63,384 nucleotides of DNA, filler included, from Octopus bimaculoides (GCF_001194135.2; 4 parts of 3 records of this genome joined end to end with filler, not necessarily neighbours in it); one strand, 5' to 3'; positions 1 to 11,689 are shown, numbered from the whole stretch's first letter. The notes: a model not told the origin generated them from the sequence alone. Program-made: numbers and translations.

Positions 1-842
1 TTTATACTTTTAACGCCTTCAAAGAATTCTCCGTTTGAAGTAAAGCATCAGTCCAGACACATTTTCCACTGTTCGAAGCAGTGTTGGAACTCTTGTAAAG
101 TGATGCCTTTTAACGCCTCTGTCGTTTTTATTCTTCACCTCTTCCACGTCTTCAAATTCCGTAGCATCATCTTTCGTCACTATTGATGACCTTGGAAAAA
201 AAGGTCCGGATCAACTTCTAACTGTTCTTTTAGTTCACGACATACATACAATCGTGATTGCTTTTGATCTTCCGTGAACAAGCGAGGCACAAATTTTGCT
301 GCAACTCTTTTCATTCGCAATTCCTCGCTCAAAATTTATTAGCAGGAGCTCCAAGACACACCATTCATATCAGCAAGTTCGTCAGTTGTTCAGTGACGGT
401 CCTGCAAGATTAGTTCATAAATTTTCATGATGTTTTCATTCATTCGGGAGGTCAACGGTCGCCCTGAAGGAGGTAGGTCTTCAAGCGGAAAATGACCATT
501 CCTAAAGCGTGAAAACTACTTGTAAACTTAGTTTGTTCATGGCAGCGTCCTTGTAAGTTGTTTGTAGCATGACAACTGTTTCGGCCGCCGTTTTCCTCAG
601 CAGAAAACAAAATTTCACGGAAGCACGCTGTTCCTTCGTTTCAGCCATTGCATAAATCGACGAACAGGGGAGAAGCACTGCAAAACAAAGACGCATTTGT
701 GGCAGTATGACCCCCAACGGACAACGCGGTCGGCAGACTGGTGCCTGAGGATCGTATCAAGTGATTTCTATCGGCAGAAACCTAAGCTACCACGGGCTTG
801 CCCCACAGAGAACGTTTCGGATTACTTTTGAGTACCCCCTCG
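1..842 (-). mobile_element. Internally deleted mariner (Tc1/mariner) element, 3' end running off the window
   Basis: Minus strand reads MAETKEQRASVKFCFLLRKTAAETVVML, then SGRP, KRVAAKFVPRLFT, DPDL(F)SKVINSDE, then EALKGITLQEFQHCFEQWK..C..NGEFFEG, with stops and frameshifts. The 5' TIR-like end CGAGGGGGTACTCAAAAGTAATCCG lies at about 818-842, followed by TA at 843-844. Confidence 0.88.
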
Positions 843-849
843 TATATGT

Positions 850-929
850 AAAGACATGTGCTCGCACACACACGCACACATGTATGTATATATGTGTGCA
901 TGTATGTACGCATGCATGTATGCATATAC

Positions 930-960
<31 letters not shown>

Positions 961-1020
961 TGAATGTATGTATGCATATATTCATATATGCACATGCGGG
1001 GGGTATGTATGTATGTATGT

Positions 1021-1085
<65 letters not shown>

Positions 1086-1086
1086 C
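850..1086. repeat. Compound microsatellite (CA)/(TATG)n/(AGAT)n
   Basis: Directly visible tandem repeats. Confidence 0.95.
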
Positions 1087-2489
1087 AAACAAGTAAACAG
1101 ACAGATTCAAAAAGAGAGAAAGTGAGACAGAAAGCCAGATCTGGCTGAGTCGTTAAGTTGCTGAACTTCCGTTTAGGAGGACGCTGTACTGTTTCGTACT
1201 AAGAACATTGAATGTCACCGAGTTCCAAATAGTTACTGTTATTCATAAGTCAACTATTGTCCACAGAGTGTTAGAAAACTGTCTGTTTCGTTACATTACA
1301 GTCCTGACTTCACACCATGTCAATTTATGGCGATTATTTACATAAGAGTTTGATCTCCAGCCGTCAGCAGATCCCTATATTACTGGATAAATTTTCTTTT
1401 CTTTTACTTGTTTCATTTACTGGTTTGACTCATCGGATTGTAGCCACGTTCGAGCACAACATTCTTTTATCAATTATGTCCATCCTAATGTTTCATCTGG
1501 TACTTATTTCAGCGTTCTTCAGAGATACAAAATGCGAGTGGATATTGACCTTAAAATAAAATAACGTCCTTTACATTGGACAGATGCAGTGTTGCCGGAA
1601 GAAAAAATTCTGTTGTAACAAGAAACACGTTTTTTTTTATATAATTTTACTTATGTCTAATGAGTCCTCATTACCCCGAAGAATTTAATTTTTACCCCAC
1701 TTGGGGTAATTTATCCCGTTTCTCCGACCCTTGAACTAACCCCTTCAATGCGGTGCTTTAGCCTTGTTCTGTAGCCAGTTACATTCCGAAATCGGTTGTT
1801 GCAAGTTTTGAATAATGTTAAGAACAATTTTGCTTGCATGGACTATGAAATCATTGGCATTCTTCTGAAATTATTGCATCTTCGTACATTGCTGCCGTAG
1901 ACCATGTTTAAAATTCCTAGTGTAAATTATCTTCTAAATTATCTTATATTTTGTATTTGTGTCGGCATTCGTTGTGTCTGGTGCAATCACCAACAAATTC
2001 TCAGTTTCTCTCTTTAAATCTCCATTCTGCAGCTACTCCCACGATGGCTCATAATCTTTGGGATCCCCCCCCCCCTCTGTGGAACTTTCCATGTAACGGC
2101 ATTTCTTCTGTGCTTTCTGTTTTTTCACAAAATATCATTTGTTGATATACCTTCTTCACTTCAAGTTCAACACAGATAAATCCGAATTCCATTACAGTGT
2201 GCTTAAGTGAATTTTCTTCACTTTTTGCGAAGTGAGCCAGCCACATTTAAGAAATGTATGATTGTATAAGGACAAGGACATCAAAACTCTGAGTAATGGA
2301 ATGCTCTTAGCTGTTGCTATAAGTAATACGTAGTAATATATTATCCATATATATAAGATACTGTGTTTATTGTTTTACTCTTAATAATTATTAGAATTAC
2401 TTTGAACGCAATAATACTTGGAAAGACACTACTACAGCGTGTGTATGCATGTAAGGTGTCCCTGAAGAGATGTTCAATGCCGTCATTTT

Positions 2490-3375
2490 TTTTCCATCAA
2501 AGGATAATGGCTTCTGTCAGATCTAGAGGAGAAGTGTGAGATTCATTCACAGTCCCAAATGGGACAAAGCAAGGCTGTGTTCTTGCACCGCTCTTATTTG
2601 CTTTGTATTTCTCCGTCCTGTTGGAAACAACGTTCGAGAGTGTTAAAGAAGGAGTAAATTTTGTGTACAGGACTGGCGGTGGCTTGTTCAACCAACAGCG
2701 CTTCAAAGCAAGCAATAACTAAGACTTTAGTGCAAATAGTTCGAGATTTGCTCTTCGCAGACGATTGTGCACTTATAGAAGCACTCTTGAGGACATGCAA
2801 TGGATTCTAAACAACTTCTCGCATGCATCGAATACTTTTGATCTGACCATCTGCAACAAGAAAACTGAGCTTGTCCATCAGCCCACTCGTGACCATTTTC
2901 CCGCTGTTGCCCCTACCGTATGTGTTGATGGGAAAGCATTAAAAATTGCTTCCTCCTTCACTTATCTTGGTTCCATTGCGTCCAATGATGCTAAGATGGA
3001 TAAAGTAATTGAGTCCAAAATCAAGAAGGTTAGCTCAGCTTTTGGTAAGCTTTATCACAGGCTTTGGAACAGCCACGACATATTGTTGAAGGTAAAAGTT
3101 GATGTATATAAGTCGGTGGCCTTGACAACATTGCTTAATGGTGCTGAATCTTGGACTCTGCACCGAAAGTACATCAACCAGTTTGATACTTTTGATATGC
3201 GATGCTTGTGTACTATCTCTAACATAAATATTCATAACAGTGGGGTACTAATAAAACGCAACACATCAGGTATTGAAACGATCCTCATCAAAATACGGCT
3301 TAGATTGTCAGATCATCTCTCCTCTGCTTATCGTTGAAGAGCAGACTTACAACCAGACCTTTCCTATGTAGAATC
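2490..3375 (+). mobile_element. RTE-clade LINE reverse transcriptase fragment (pseudogenised)
   Basis: GTKQGCVLAPLLF (RT motif), CTCTTCGCAGACGATTGT = LFADDC, FTYLGS, and AFGKL..RLW...KVDVYKSVALTTLL.GAESWT. Frameshift near 2720-2765. Confidence 0.9.
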
Positions 3376-3675
3376 CTCAAAAATAATGAATGTGAGGGTG
3401 AGTCCCTTTAATCATATCCAACGAAAACGACAATGGTTAGCATCCAATGTAAAAGGAGATTCCATCCCCAAACCGAGACCACACCCGGAGAAAATTATGC
3501 ACTGTGTTTTCTGAGATATGAAGAGTGTCGCCTCTCATAAAGTGTTAAATGAGAACAAAACAGTAAATGCTGAGAAGTATTGTCGTCATTTAGAAGCATT
3601 GTACAAAAATTGGCAGAAAGTTTCATTGGTCAATCGTAAATGTGCGTTGTTCTTACACGATAATGCAAGACCATA

Positions 3676-4066
3676 CGAGGGGGTGCTGAAAAAGTTCCTG
3701 GCTTTGGGTAAAAGGAAAATACAGGAGAATCAGTTAATTATGATTTTATTGAATATTTTCCTCTCAGATTCTGTTATGTCTCAAGCTACTGCTATCTAGC
3801 ACCTTCGGATGATCTCTATTCAACCGCTACACAACTGCTACTCGACTGCTACTCAACCTCCTACCATGGCCAGACTATCTCTATTTATATGTCTTGGGAG
3901 ATCCTACTTCTTCGCCTGGGGGCGTCGACACAACAGATTCACACACTTACTGCAGTTGTCTTTCTAAGCGGTTTTTCTAAGTTCTGTAAAAGAACTCGGA
4001 AGGTCGGGCCACCAACCAGGCCTTTCACCATACTCTTACAGCCAGGAACTTTTCAGCAGCCCCTCT
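3676..4066 (+). mobile_element. Non-autonomous mariner-type MITE inserted at TA inside the HDNARP codons
   Basis: TIR CGAGGGGGTGCTGAAAAAGTTCCTGGCT (3676-3703) matches AGCCAGGAACTTTTCAGCAGCCCCTCT (4040-4066); TA at 3674-75 and 4067-68. A related copy sits at 58716-58812. Confidence 0.85.
3772..3935. mobile_element. Short (164 bp) solo-LTR-like insertion
   Basis: Begins TGTTATGTC and ends GACACAACA (TG..CA, 8/9 inverted match). Flanked by a 5-bp direct repeat GATTC (3767-71, 3936-40). Confidence 0.7.
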
Positions 4067-6119
4067 TATACTCAGGAAAAGATTATCGAACTAAATATGG
4101 AACTTTTTCCCAGTCCTCCCTATTATCCTGATCTTGCTTCATCTGGCTATCATCTATTCAGATCATTGCAATGTTATTCAAACGGCAAATAGTTTATTTA
4201 TTGTGAAGAAGTAAAAACTAATTATATCGAGAATTTCTTTGCTTCAAAACCTGAGAAATTTTTCGCTCGAGGGATTAACAATTTTCCAAATAGATCAGAT
4301 TAAGTTATCAATAACGAGGTGAAATATTATCTTAGCTAAATATATCAATTAAAGCCAAAGAAGTATTTGTTACTTTCCCATCTTGAAATGCGACAAGACT
4401 ATCTTTCCAATCTTATATATCACTACCGACCTTACCAGCAATCCCGTTCCTGTACATAAGCGATCTACAACGTCAGAGGTAATTGAATGAGACTTCCTTT
4501 TCATCTAAATCTCACACCAATATACATACCTCAGAAAGCGAGCCACAACTCCTCGTCAGATATTACTTTCTCTTCACTCACATCGAGATAGTAGAGTCAT
4601 ATGACTAACATAACTAATATATGACTAACATAATTTGCCTAAAAGACTCGCACAGTTAAGTTTATTTAAAAGAAAGTAGGTAGGCTTCTGTTGGTTGTTT
4701 TTCCTCGCATTAGGTACTAAATGTGGTTATTTTGAGAAGTCCACTGTGTGGCGTTGTTATTTTTCTGTAATAATGCCCTTTATATAAATATAAACGAATA
4801 ATTATATTCTTGGGAATAGAAATTTCCCTTACGAATTTTTTTACACACTGGCTTCTTGATAAAATTCCTGTAAAAGAGTTTTATCCCTTTTTGAATTCAT
4901 TTATCAAATATTTACACGGAATATATTCAATGTTGAATTTTTATTCCTGTCTCCACACGTGTACCCAAAAGCAACCCGGAAGTNNNNNNNNNNNNNNNNN
5001 NNNNNNNNNNNNNNNNNNNNNNNNNNNNNNNNNNNNNNNNNNNNNNNNNNNNNNNNNNNNNNNNNNNNNNNNNNNNNNNNNNNNNNNNNNNNNNNNNNNN
5101 NNNNNNNNNNNNNNNNNNNNNNNNNNNNNNNNNNNNNNNNNNNNNNNNNNNNNNNNNNNNNNNNNNNNNNNNNNNNNNNNNNNNNNNNNNNNNNNNNNNN
5201 NNNNNNNNNNNNNNNNNNNNNNNNNNNNNNNNNNNNNNNNNNNNNNNNNNNNNNNNNNNNNNNNNNNNNNNNNNNNNNNNNNNNNNNNNNNNNNNNNNNN
5301 NNNNNNNNNNNNNNNNNNNNNNNNNNNNNNNNNNNNNNNNNNNNNNNNNNNNNNNNNNNNNNNNNNNNNNNNNNNNNNNNNNNNNNNNNNNNNNNNNNNN
5401 NNNNNNNNNNNNNNNNNNNNNNNNNNNNNNNNNNNNNNNNNNNNNNNNNNNNNNNNNNNNNNNNNNNNNNNNNNNNNNNNNNNNNNNNNNNNNNNNNNNN
5501 NNNNNNNNNNNNNNNNNNNNNNNNNNNNNNNNNNNNNNNNNNNNNNNNNNNNNNNNNNNNNNNNNNNNNNNNNNNNNNNNNNNNNNNNNNNNNNNNNNNN
5601 NNNNNNNNNNNNNNNNNNNNNNNNNNNNNNNNNNNNNNNNNNNNNNNNNNNNNNNNNNNNNNNNNNNNNNNNNNNNNNNNNNNNNNNNNNNNNNNNNNNN
5701 NNNNNNNNNNNNNNNNNNNNNNNNNNNNNNNNNNNNNNNNNNNNNNNNNNNNNNNNNNNNNNNNNNNNNNNNNNNNNNNNNNNNNNNNNNNNNNNNNNNN
5801 NNNNNNNNNNNNNNNNNNNNNNNNNNNNNNNNNNNNNNNNNNNNNNNTATATATATATATATATATATGCGTGTGTGTATATGTATGTATGTATGTATGT
5901 ATGCTTGTGTGCATGTGTGTGTGCATGTGTGTGTCAAACTTTTGACTGTATGTGTGTATAAAGAATAAAACACAAGTGATGCGACTACACACGCGTGTAT
6001 GAAGGAGAGAAGAGAGAGAGATGAGGAGGAGGAGGAGGAGGAGAAAGAGATGAACTATCTGAAATACGTGCTTGGAAGGAACGACTTCGTCTAATGAGAA
6101 ACTGTTGACACTATTTACA

Positions 6120-6400
6120 TACATGTGCGTGTGTGTGCATGCGTGTGTGTATGTGCGTGCGTGTGTGTATGTGCGTGCGTGTGTGTGTGTGTGTATCGCA
6201 TACACACACACGCGCATACACTTCATTAGAAATGAAGAATAATAAGACTGTTAAAAACAGAAGTTCCCTGTTTTTCTTACCCTCCCTCTATTCTCTCTTT
6301 CTCGCCCTCTTTTTCCACTTTCTCTCTATCTCTATCTCTCTCTCTTTCACCCTCACTCTCTCTCTTTCACCCTCTCTCTTTCTTTCCCTCTCTTACTCGC
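6120..6400. repeat. (GT)/(GTGC) and (CT)-rich microsatellites
   Basis: Directly visible. Confidence 0.9.
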
Positions 6401-6446
6401 GCCCGCGCGCGCGCTACAGTTTCATTACAGTAGAACACGATTTAAA

Positions 6447-6688
6447 ATGGCGACTAAATCCTTTGTTGAATTAATGAGGAAATATGTTCGTCACATGGCG
6501 CTGAAGAAAATAGAATGTTCGCAGGAAAAATGTAGCAAATATTCTTCATTTACATCTTTCTCACATTATCATCATCAACATCACCATTATTATCCTCATC
6601 AGCAGCATCATCATCATCAGCATCATCATCATCATCATCATCATCACTGCCACCACGACCATCACCACCTTCACTGCCAATATAGTCA
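6447..6688 (+). CDS. Possible His-rich first coding exon (unidentified; may be a chance ORF through a (CAT)n repeat)
   Basis: AAAATGGCG start context, an open frame MATKSFVELMRKYV..HHHH..QYS, ending at a donor-like CA|GTAAGA. No recognisable homology. Confidence 0.2.
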
Positions 6689-7092
6689 GTAAGAGAAGCA
6701 GCATTGGGTGATATACTTAACAGAGTGGCGCGGATGCACTTCCTGGTGTTATTCGGTCACTTACGTCTCTTCTCGATGCGAGTTCAAGTTCCACCTGAAC
6801 CAATATTGCCTTTCTTCATTCTGGCAGGATTGAAGGGAGGTCGATATAAAAGAACAAATTATCGGTTAACCCGTAGAATCAATCAATTAAACGAACTCAC
6901 TCCCCACTTCCTTCTACCAGCAAAAAAATCGTGTGACCTAATAACCTTATGATTTATGATCATGTGATCACGTGACTATATGAGAAACTCCTTTTAATTT
7001 GAACCAAAGAAGGACTATTTACATCAGTAGTTCTCATCCGGGATCCATATGGCCCTTGGGGGTCCATATAGGAGTTCGTTAAAAAAATATCA

Positions 7093-7385
7093 TAAGGTAC
7101 TGAGTTCGATTCTCGGACCGGGCTGTGTGCTGTGTTTTTGAAGAAGACACTTTATTGTTTCACGTTGCTCCAGTTCACTCATCTGTAGAAATGAGTTGCG
7201 ACGTTACTAGTACCAAAGTGTATCGCCCTTTGCCTTTCCCTTGGATAATAACATCGGTGACGTGAAGAGGGGAGGTTGGTATGCATGGGCGACTACTAGT
7301 CTTTCATAAACAATCTGGCCCAGGCGTGTACCTCGGAGGGGAACTTTCTAGGTGCATCCCTTGATCATTCACGGCTAGGTTAAGG
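7093..7385 (+). mobile_element. tRNA-derived SINE, family D (5'-truncated)
   Basis: B box GAGTTCGATTC followed by GTGTTTTTGAAGAAGACACTT. Same body as the copy at 35502-35826. Confidence 0.8.
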
Positions 7386-7409
7386 AATTCTAGAAGTTGT
7401 CCTTAATCC

Positions 7410-8092
7410 CTAAATTCGTCTGGAATTAGTTGGTCGCTAATTAATTGGTTGCTTAGTTGGTCTTCGTCGGCACTGCTCGGAGTTTCTTCGAGATCTTTGG
7501 CTCTCATACCCTCAACTGTCACACTACTGAATGCTTGTTTAGACGTTCCACTGACTGTATTACTCGCTTGATAGAGAACTGTGAGTACCTGATAACATTC
7601 TACATGACAGCTACGCAATCTCAGTCTACGCTTTACTCGGGAACTGCTGCTTCGTAAAAAAAGGACAAGTTGTTGAAAAGCGTGTTTCACATACGCTTCC
7701 ATACCTTCACATCGTCCAGGAAGTTGTGCAAATGTTGCACTCTCAACATGTGCCTGGGTCTCATCAAACACAACATTCCTGGTTCCCTGCGTTGATGGAC
7801 CTTCCGACAAACAGAACCTAACCCTGCCACAAGAAATACAAGCAGGCGTTCTATGGCAAGGAACGATTGTCAGACGATATTAAATTACAGAGTTTATGTA
7901 AGCGTTCACGACTTTTATATGACCTTTCAGCCATAGTTTCTTTTCAGCCCATTTCTGAGTGAAATTAACAACGTACCCGTAACTTCATCCTAGTTCTTAT
8001 TCACCTGCAGATACGACCCGAACCAGACCCAAGGCAGTTTAATCCGACCGTTGATCCAGTCACGGATGGCACGCGGCCGATAGACGTAGACT
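7410..8092 (-). mobile_element. L1/Tx1-like LINE ORF2 fragment (region downstream of RT), degenerate
   Basis: Minus strand reads WINGRIKLPWVWFGSYLQVNKN, then KWAEKKLWLKGHIKVVNAYINSVI*YRLTIVPC, then the 135-aa ORF at 7403-7810. This matches my recollection of the L1/Tx1 pattern W.R.LSLKGR..V.N.YI..V..YRLTVVPCP. Confidence 0.62.
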
Positions 8093-8094
8093 AG

Positions 8095-8262
8095 CATACC
8101 GGACACAACACTTGGCGCCATTTTGTCCGTCTTTATATTCTGAGCTGAAATTTAACTGAGGTCAACTTTGCCGTTCATCTCTCAAGAGTCTAGCTTTTGT
8201 CGATGCTATCAACAACCCACCCCCACCTCAAAATTGCTGGTTCTGTAGCTAAATCAGAAACA
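8095..8262 (+). mobile_element. SINE family A, degenerate
   Basis: CATTTTGTCCGTC..TTCTGAG..GAGGTCAACTTTGCC..TCATC resembles the copy at 23509. Confidence 0.6.
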
Positions 8263-8489
8263 ATCAATTATCACCGGCTTTTATACCTCAAACTTAACGA
8301 GGCTTATTGAAAATCAAGATGTCTGCGACACAATATTTTCGAAAAACACGAACAATTATTCAATTCCCAAAACATCGTAACGAGCGGTCAGCTGAAACTG
8401 TCAACAACTGAATTTGCTTAGACAACAAAACTATACAATGGGAATTAGCTAACCGCACTTCCAAAATGTAGTTGGCTTGGTTGTCATTT

Positions 8490-8580
8490 GCAATAATAAT
8501 TAATGATGACGACGACGACGACGACGATGATGATGATGATGATGATGAGGAGGAGGAGGAGGAGGAGGAGGAGGAGGAGG
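8490..8580. repeat. (ATA)(GAT)(GAC)(GAT)(GAG)n trinucleotide array
   Basis: Directly visible. Confidence 0.95.
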
Positions 8581-8582
8581 AT

Positions 8583-8886
8583 GCAGTACCAGACAGTGGC
8601 TCTCATGGCTTTTGATCTTAACTGATTGGAAGTGCTACCATGTACATTGTTTTGTCTTGGTATAAAAGATGGGATACAGTTGAGCATGTCCCTTGGTGGC
8701 TGATGATATGTGCATCTCTGATTACGAACAGAAGTAGTGGGGGAGCATCATAGCCATGTGTTGAGAGGAATTCTTTGGGGTTTGAACATCCCTTATTCAA
8801 GGACCTTTTGAGGGGGATGGGCTACTCAACCTGAAGAAAGTTCTAACTGGGCCCCACCTGCAAGGCCATGTACTGTTTATCTTGAT
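8583..8886 (+). mobile_element. Interspersed repeat fragment (octopus SINE-like, internally deleted)
   Basis: Recalled abundant octopus repeat (CAGTGGCTCTCATGGCT..GATCTTAACTGATTGGAAGTG..GGGCCCCACCTGCAAGG). Single copy in this window, so not internally verifiable. Confidence 0.45.
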
Positions 8887-8887
8887 A

Positions 8888-9004
8888 ACAAAGCGGTTCG
8901 GCAAATGAAACCGATAGGCTTACATTTCTTCGACTGAAGCTCTTTAAGGTGGTGCTCCAGCATGGCCGAAGTCAAATGATTGAAACAAGTAAAAGAAATA
9001 AAGG
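8888..9004 (+). mobile_element. SINE family B 3' fragment
   Basis: GGTGGTGCTCCAGCATGGCCG..AATGATTGAAACAAGTAAAAG tail shared with other family B copies. Confidence 0.75.
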
Positions 9005-9219
9005 AATATCACTTATGTACAAAATGAACGATTTGGGCGAACATTGTCCCTTGAAATACTGCACAAATAACATCTACGCTCTGGGGGCTTATGCCCACCG
9101 GTCTGCATAAATTGCAACCCATATGGACCCCTTTGATTACTATTTTATTCTGGTGGGCCCTCATAGCCAATCTATATTTAAAAACAAGTTTTATGGAAAC
9201 TTCTTTCAAAATATTTTGT

Positions 9220-9686
9220 TTTCCACAGGCCGACCAAAGCCTTGTGAGTAGATTTTGTAGATGGAAGCTGAAAGAAGCCTGTATATAGACAAACAGTGGA
9301 GGCGCAATGGCCCAGTGGTTAGGGCAGCGGACTCGCGGTCATAGGATCGTGGTTTCGATTCCCAGACCGGGCGTGTGAATGTTTATTGAGCGAAAACACC
9401 TAAAGCTCCACGAGGCTCCAGCAGGGGATGGTGGCGAACCCTGCTGTACTCTTTCACCACAACTTTCTCTCACTCTTTCTTCCTGTTTCTTTTGTACCTG
9501 TATTTTCAAAGGGTCAGCCTTGTCACACTCTGTGTCACGCTGTATATCTCCGAGAACTACGTTAAGGGTACACGTGTCTGTGGAGTGCTCAGCCACTTGC
9601 ACGTTAATTTCACGAGCAGGCTGTTCCGTTGATCGGATCAACTGGAACCCTCGACGTCGTAAGCGACGGAGTGTCAACAACAACAT

Positions 9687-9717
<31 letters not shown>

Positions 9718-9726
9718 TAGACAGAC

Positions 9727-9757
<31 letters not shown>

Positions 9758-10108
9758 TATAGATGGATAGATAGATAGATAGATAGATAGATGTACACAC
9801 TTATGTGCGTGTCCATGTGTCTGTGTTTGTGCCCCACCACCGTTTGACAACTGGTGTTGTTGTGTTAACGTCCCCGGAACTTAGCGGTTCGAAAAGAAGA
9901 GATCGATAGAATACGTGTCAGGCTTTAAAAATATAAGTATTGGGGTCGGTTCATAGGATTAAAAATTCTTCAAAGTGGTGCCCCAGCATGGTGCCCCGAA
10001 GTCTAATAACCGAAACATGTAAAAGACACATTCAATTAAAAATTTCTTCAGGGCGGTGCTCCAGCATGGCAGCAGTCGAATGACTGAAACAAGTAAAAGA
10101 TAAAAGAT
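9220..10108 (+). mobile_element. SINE family B copy interrupted by a younger SINE; 3' end duplicated
   Basis: GGCCGACCAAAGCCTTGTGAGT..GAAAGAAGCC before the insertion. The 3' body resumes after about 9800, and the GGTGC(C/T)CCAGCATGG tail occurs twice. Confidence 0.8.
9297..9684 (+). mobile_element. Full-length tRNA(Arg)-like SINE with (CAA)n tail and 12-bp TSD
   Basis: A box TGGCCCAGTGG and B box GGTTTCGATTCC, with GACTCGCGGTC in the anticodon-arm position. TSD ATAGACAAACAG at 9285-96 and 9685-96. Possibly one of the OR families described in Octopus (unverified). Confidence 0.88.
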
Positions 10109-10444
10109 GTGTTTATTGCAGATAATTTCTATGGTTAATATAAATGAGTTTCCGTATAAAATACATTACAATTTTCATGTAATAAAATATACATTTTTGC
10201 AATAAACGTATATAATATACATCCTAAACGTCGTAGATACACAATGTCCAAGTGCATTAAACATTATTACTGAACATAATGTAAATTTTCTTACGTTGAG
10301 ACTTTTTGGAAACATAACTGGAATGATAGATCCTTTATTATAGATACAGTTTCATACTGAATTAAGCAGTTCTTCATTTACATTTTTATATTTTTATGAA
10401 GAATCTGTTTCCAATCGGATTTTTTTTTTATGACTATTTCTTTC

Positions 10445-10658
10445 TTTACTCTTTTACTCTTTTACTTGTTTCAGTCATTTGACTGCGGCCATGCTGGAGC
10501 ACCGCCTTTAGTCGAGAAATTCGACGCCAGGACTTATTCTTTGTAAGCCTAGTACTTATTCTATCGGTCTCATTTTGTCGAACCGCTAAGTTACGGGGAC
10601 GTAAACACACCACCATCGGTTGTCAAGCGATGGTGGGGGGACAAACACAGACACACAA

Positions 10659-10689
<31 letters not shown>

Positions 10690-10766
10690 CATATATACGA
10701 CGAGCTTCTTTCAGTTTCCGTTTACCAAATCCACTCACAAGGCTTTGGTCGGCCCGAGGCTATAGT
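10445..10766 (-). mobile_element. SINE family B, cut by an assembly gap
   Basis: Reverse complement of the 24656-25073 copy, including the internal microsatellite. Confidence 0.9.
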
Positions 10767-11597
10767 NNNNNNNNNNNNNNNNNNNNNNNNNNNNNNNNNN
10801 NNNNNNNNNNNNNNNNNNNNNNNNNNNNNNNNNNNNNNNNNNNNNNNNNNNNNNNNNNNNNNNNNNNNNNNNNNNNNNNNNNNNNNNNNNNNNNNNNNNN
10901 NNNNNNNNNNNNNNNNNNNNNNNNNNNNNNNNNNNNNNNNNNNNNNNNNNNNNNNNNNNNNNNNNNNNNNNNNNNNNNNNNNNNNNNNNNNNNNNNNNNN
11001 NNNNNNNNNNNNNNNNNNNNNNNNNNNNNNNNNNNNNNNNNNNNNNNNNNNNNNNNNNNNNNNNNNNNNNNNNNNNNNNNNNNNNNNNNNNNNNNNNNNN
11101 NNNNNNNNNNNNNNNNNNNNNNNNNNNNNNNNNNNNNNNNNNNNNNNNNNNNNNNNNNNNNNNNNNNNNNNNNNNNNNNNNNNNNNNNNNNNNNNNNNNN
11201 NNNNNNNNNNNNNNNNNNNNNNNNNNNNNNNNNNNNNNNNNNNNNNNNNNNNNNNNNNNNNNNNNNNNNNNNNNNNNNNNNNNNNNNNNNNNNNNNNNNN
11301 NNNNNNNNNNNNNNNNNNNNNNNNNNNNNNATATTTAAATATATATGTATATATATAGAGAGAGAGAGAAACAAATTCTGAAAATATTCAGATGAACACT
11401 CATGTCTAAGCATATAACCCCTAGAAACAGCTGTCGGGCCTGAAATGCCGTGGCCTCTCTCCTTAGTTCTCTTTATCTTTCTACTCCATTTAAATTTGTT
11501 CAGTAAATATATAAATCTATACATTTATACATGAATGTTCATCTTCTGAATACTTTCACTTTTTATTTCTCCCTATATATACCCCTATATTTATATA

Positions 11598-11684
11598 TTC
11601 TTTTATTCTTTTACTTCTTTCACTCATTTGACTGTGGCTATGCTGAAGCACCGCCTTTAGTCGAGCAAATCGCCCCCAGGACTT
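11598..11684 (-). mobile_element. SINE family B 3' fragment
   Basis: CATTTGACTGTGGCTATGCTGAAGCACCGCCTTTAGTCGAGCAAATCG. Confidence 0.85.
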
Positions 11685-11689
11685 TAGTA

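Larger units (their letters stand above)
3378..4418 (+). mobile_element. Mariner transposase 3' relic (second family), interrupted by a MITE
   Basis: RKRQWL, KTVNAEKYC, LVNRK..LFLHDNARP, then after the insertion PPYYPDLASSGYHLFRSL and FFASK..F..RGI. A degenerate TIR-like end lies near 4387-4418. Confidence 0.85.

Noticed and set aside
4420-4520. Continuation (zinc finger) of the 2490-3375 RTE beyond the mariner
   Set aside because: Only a vague HLKSH-like resemblance that requires frameshifts.
7403-7810. 135-aa minus-strand ORF as a host terminal exon
   Set aside because: The upstream in-register remnants (KWAEKKLWLKGH..YRLTIVPC; GRIKLPWVWFG) fit an L1/Tx1 ORF2, so it was reassigned as TE.
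9297-9375. Functional tRNA gene (also 35750-35826)
   Set aside because: The A/B boxes are followed by SINE bodies and tails, and no complete cloverleaf acceptor stem was found.
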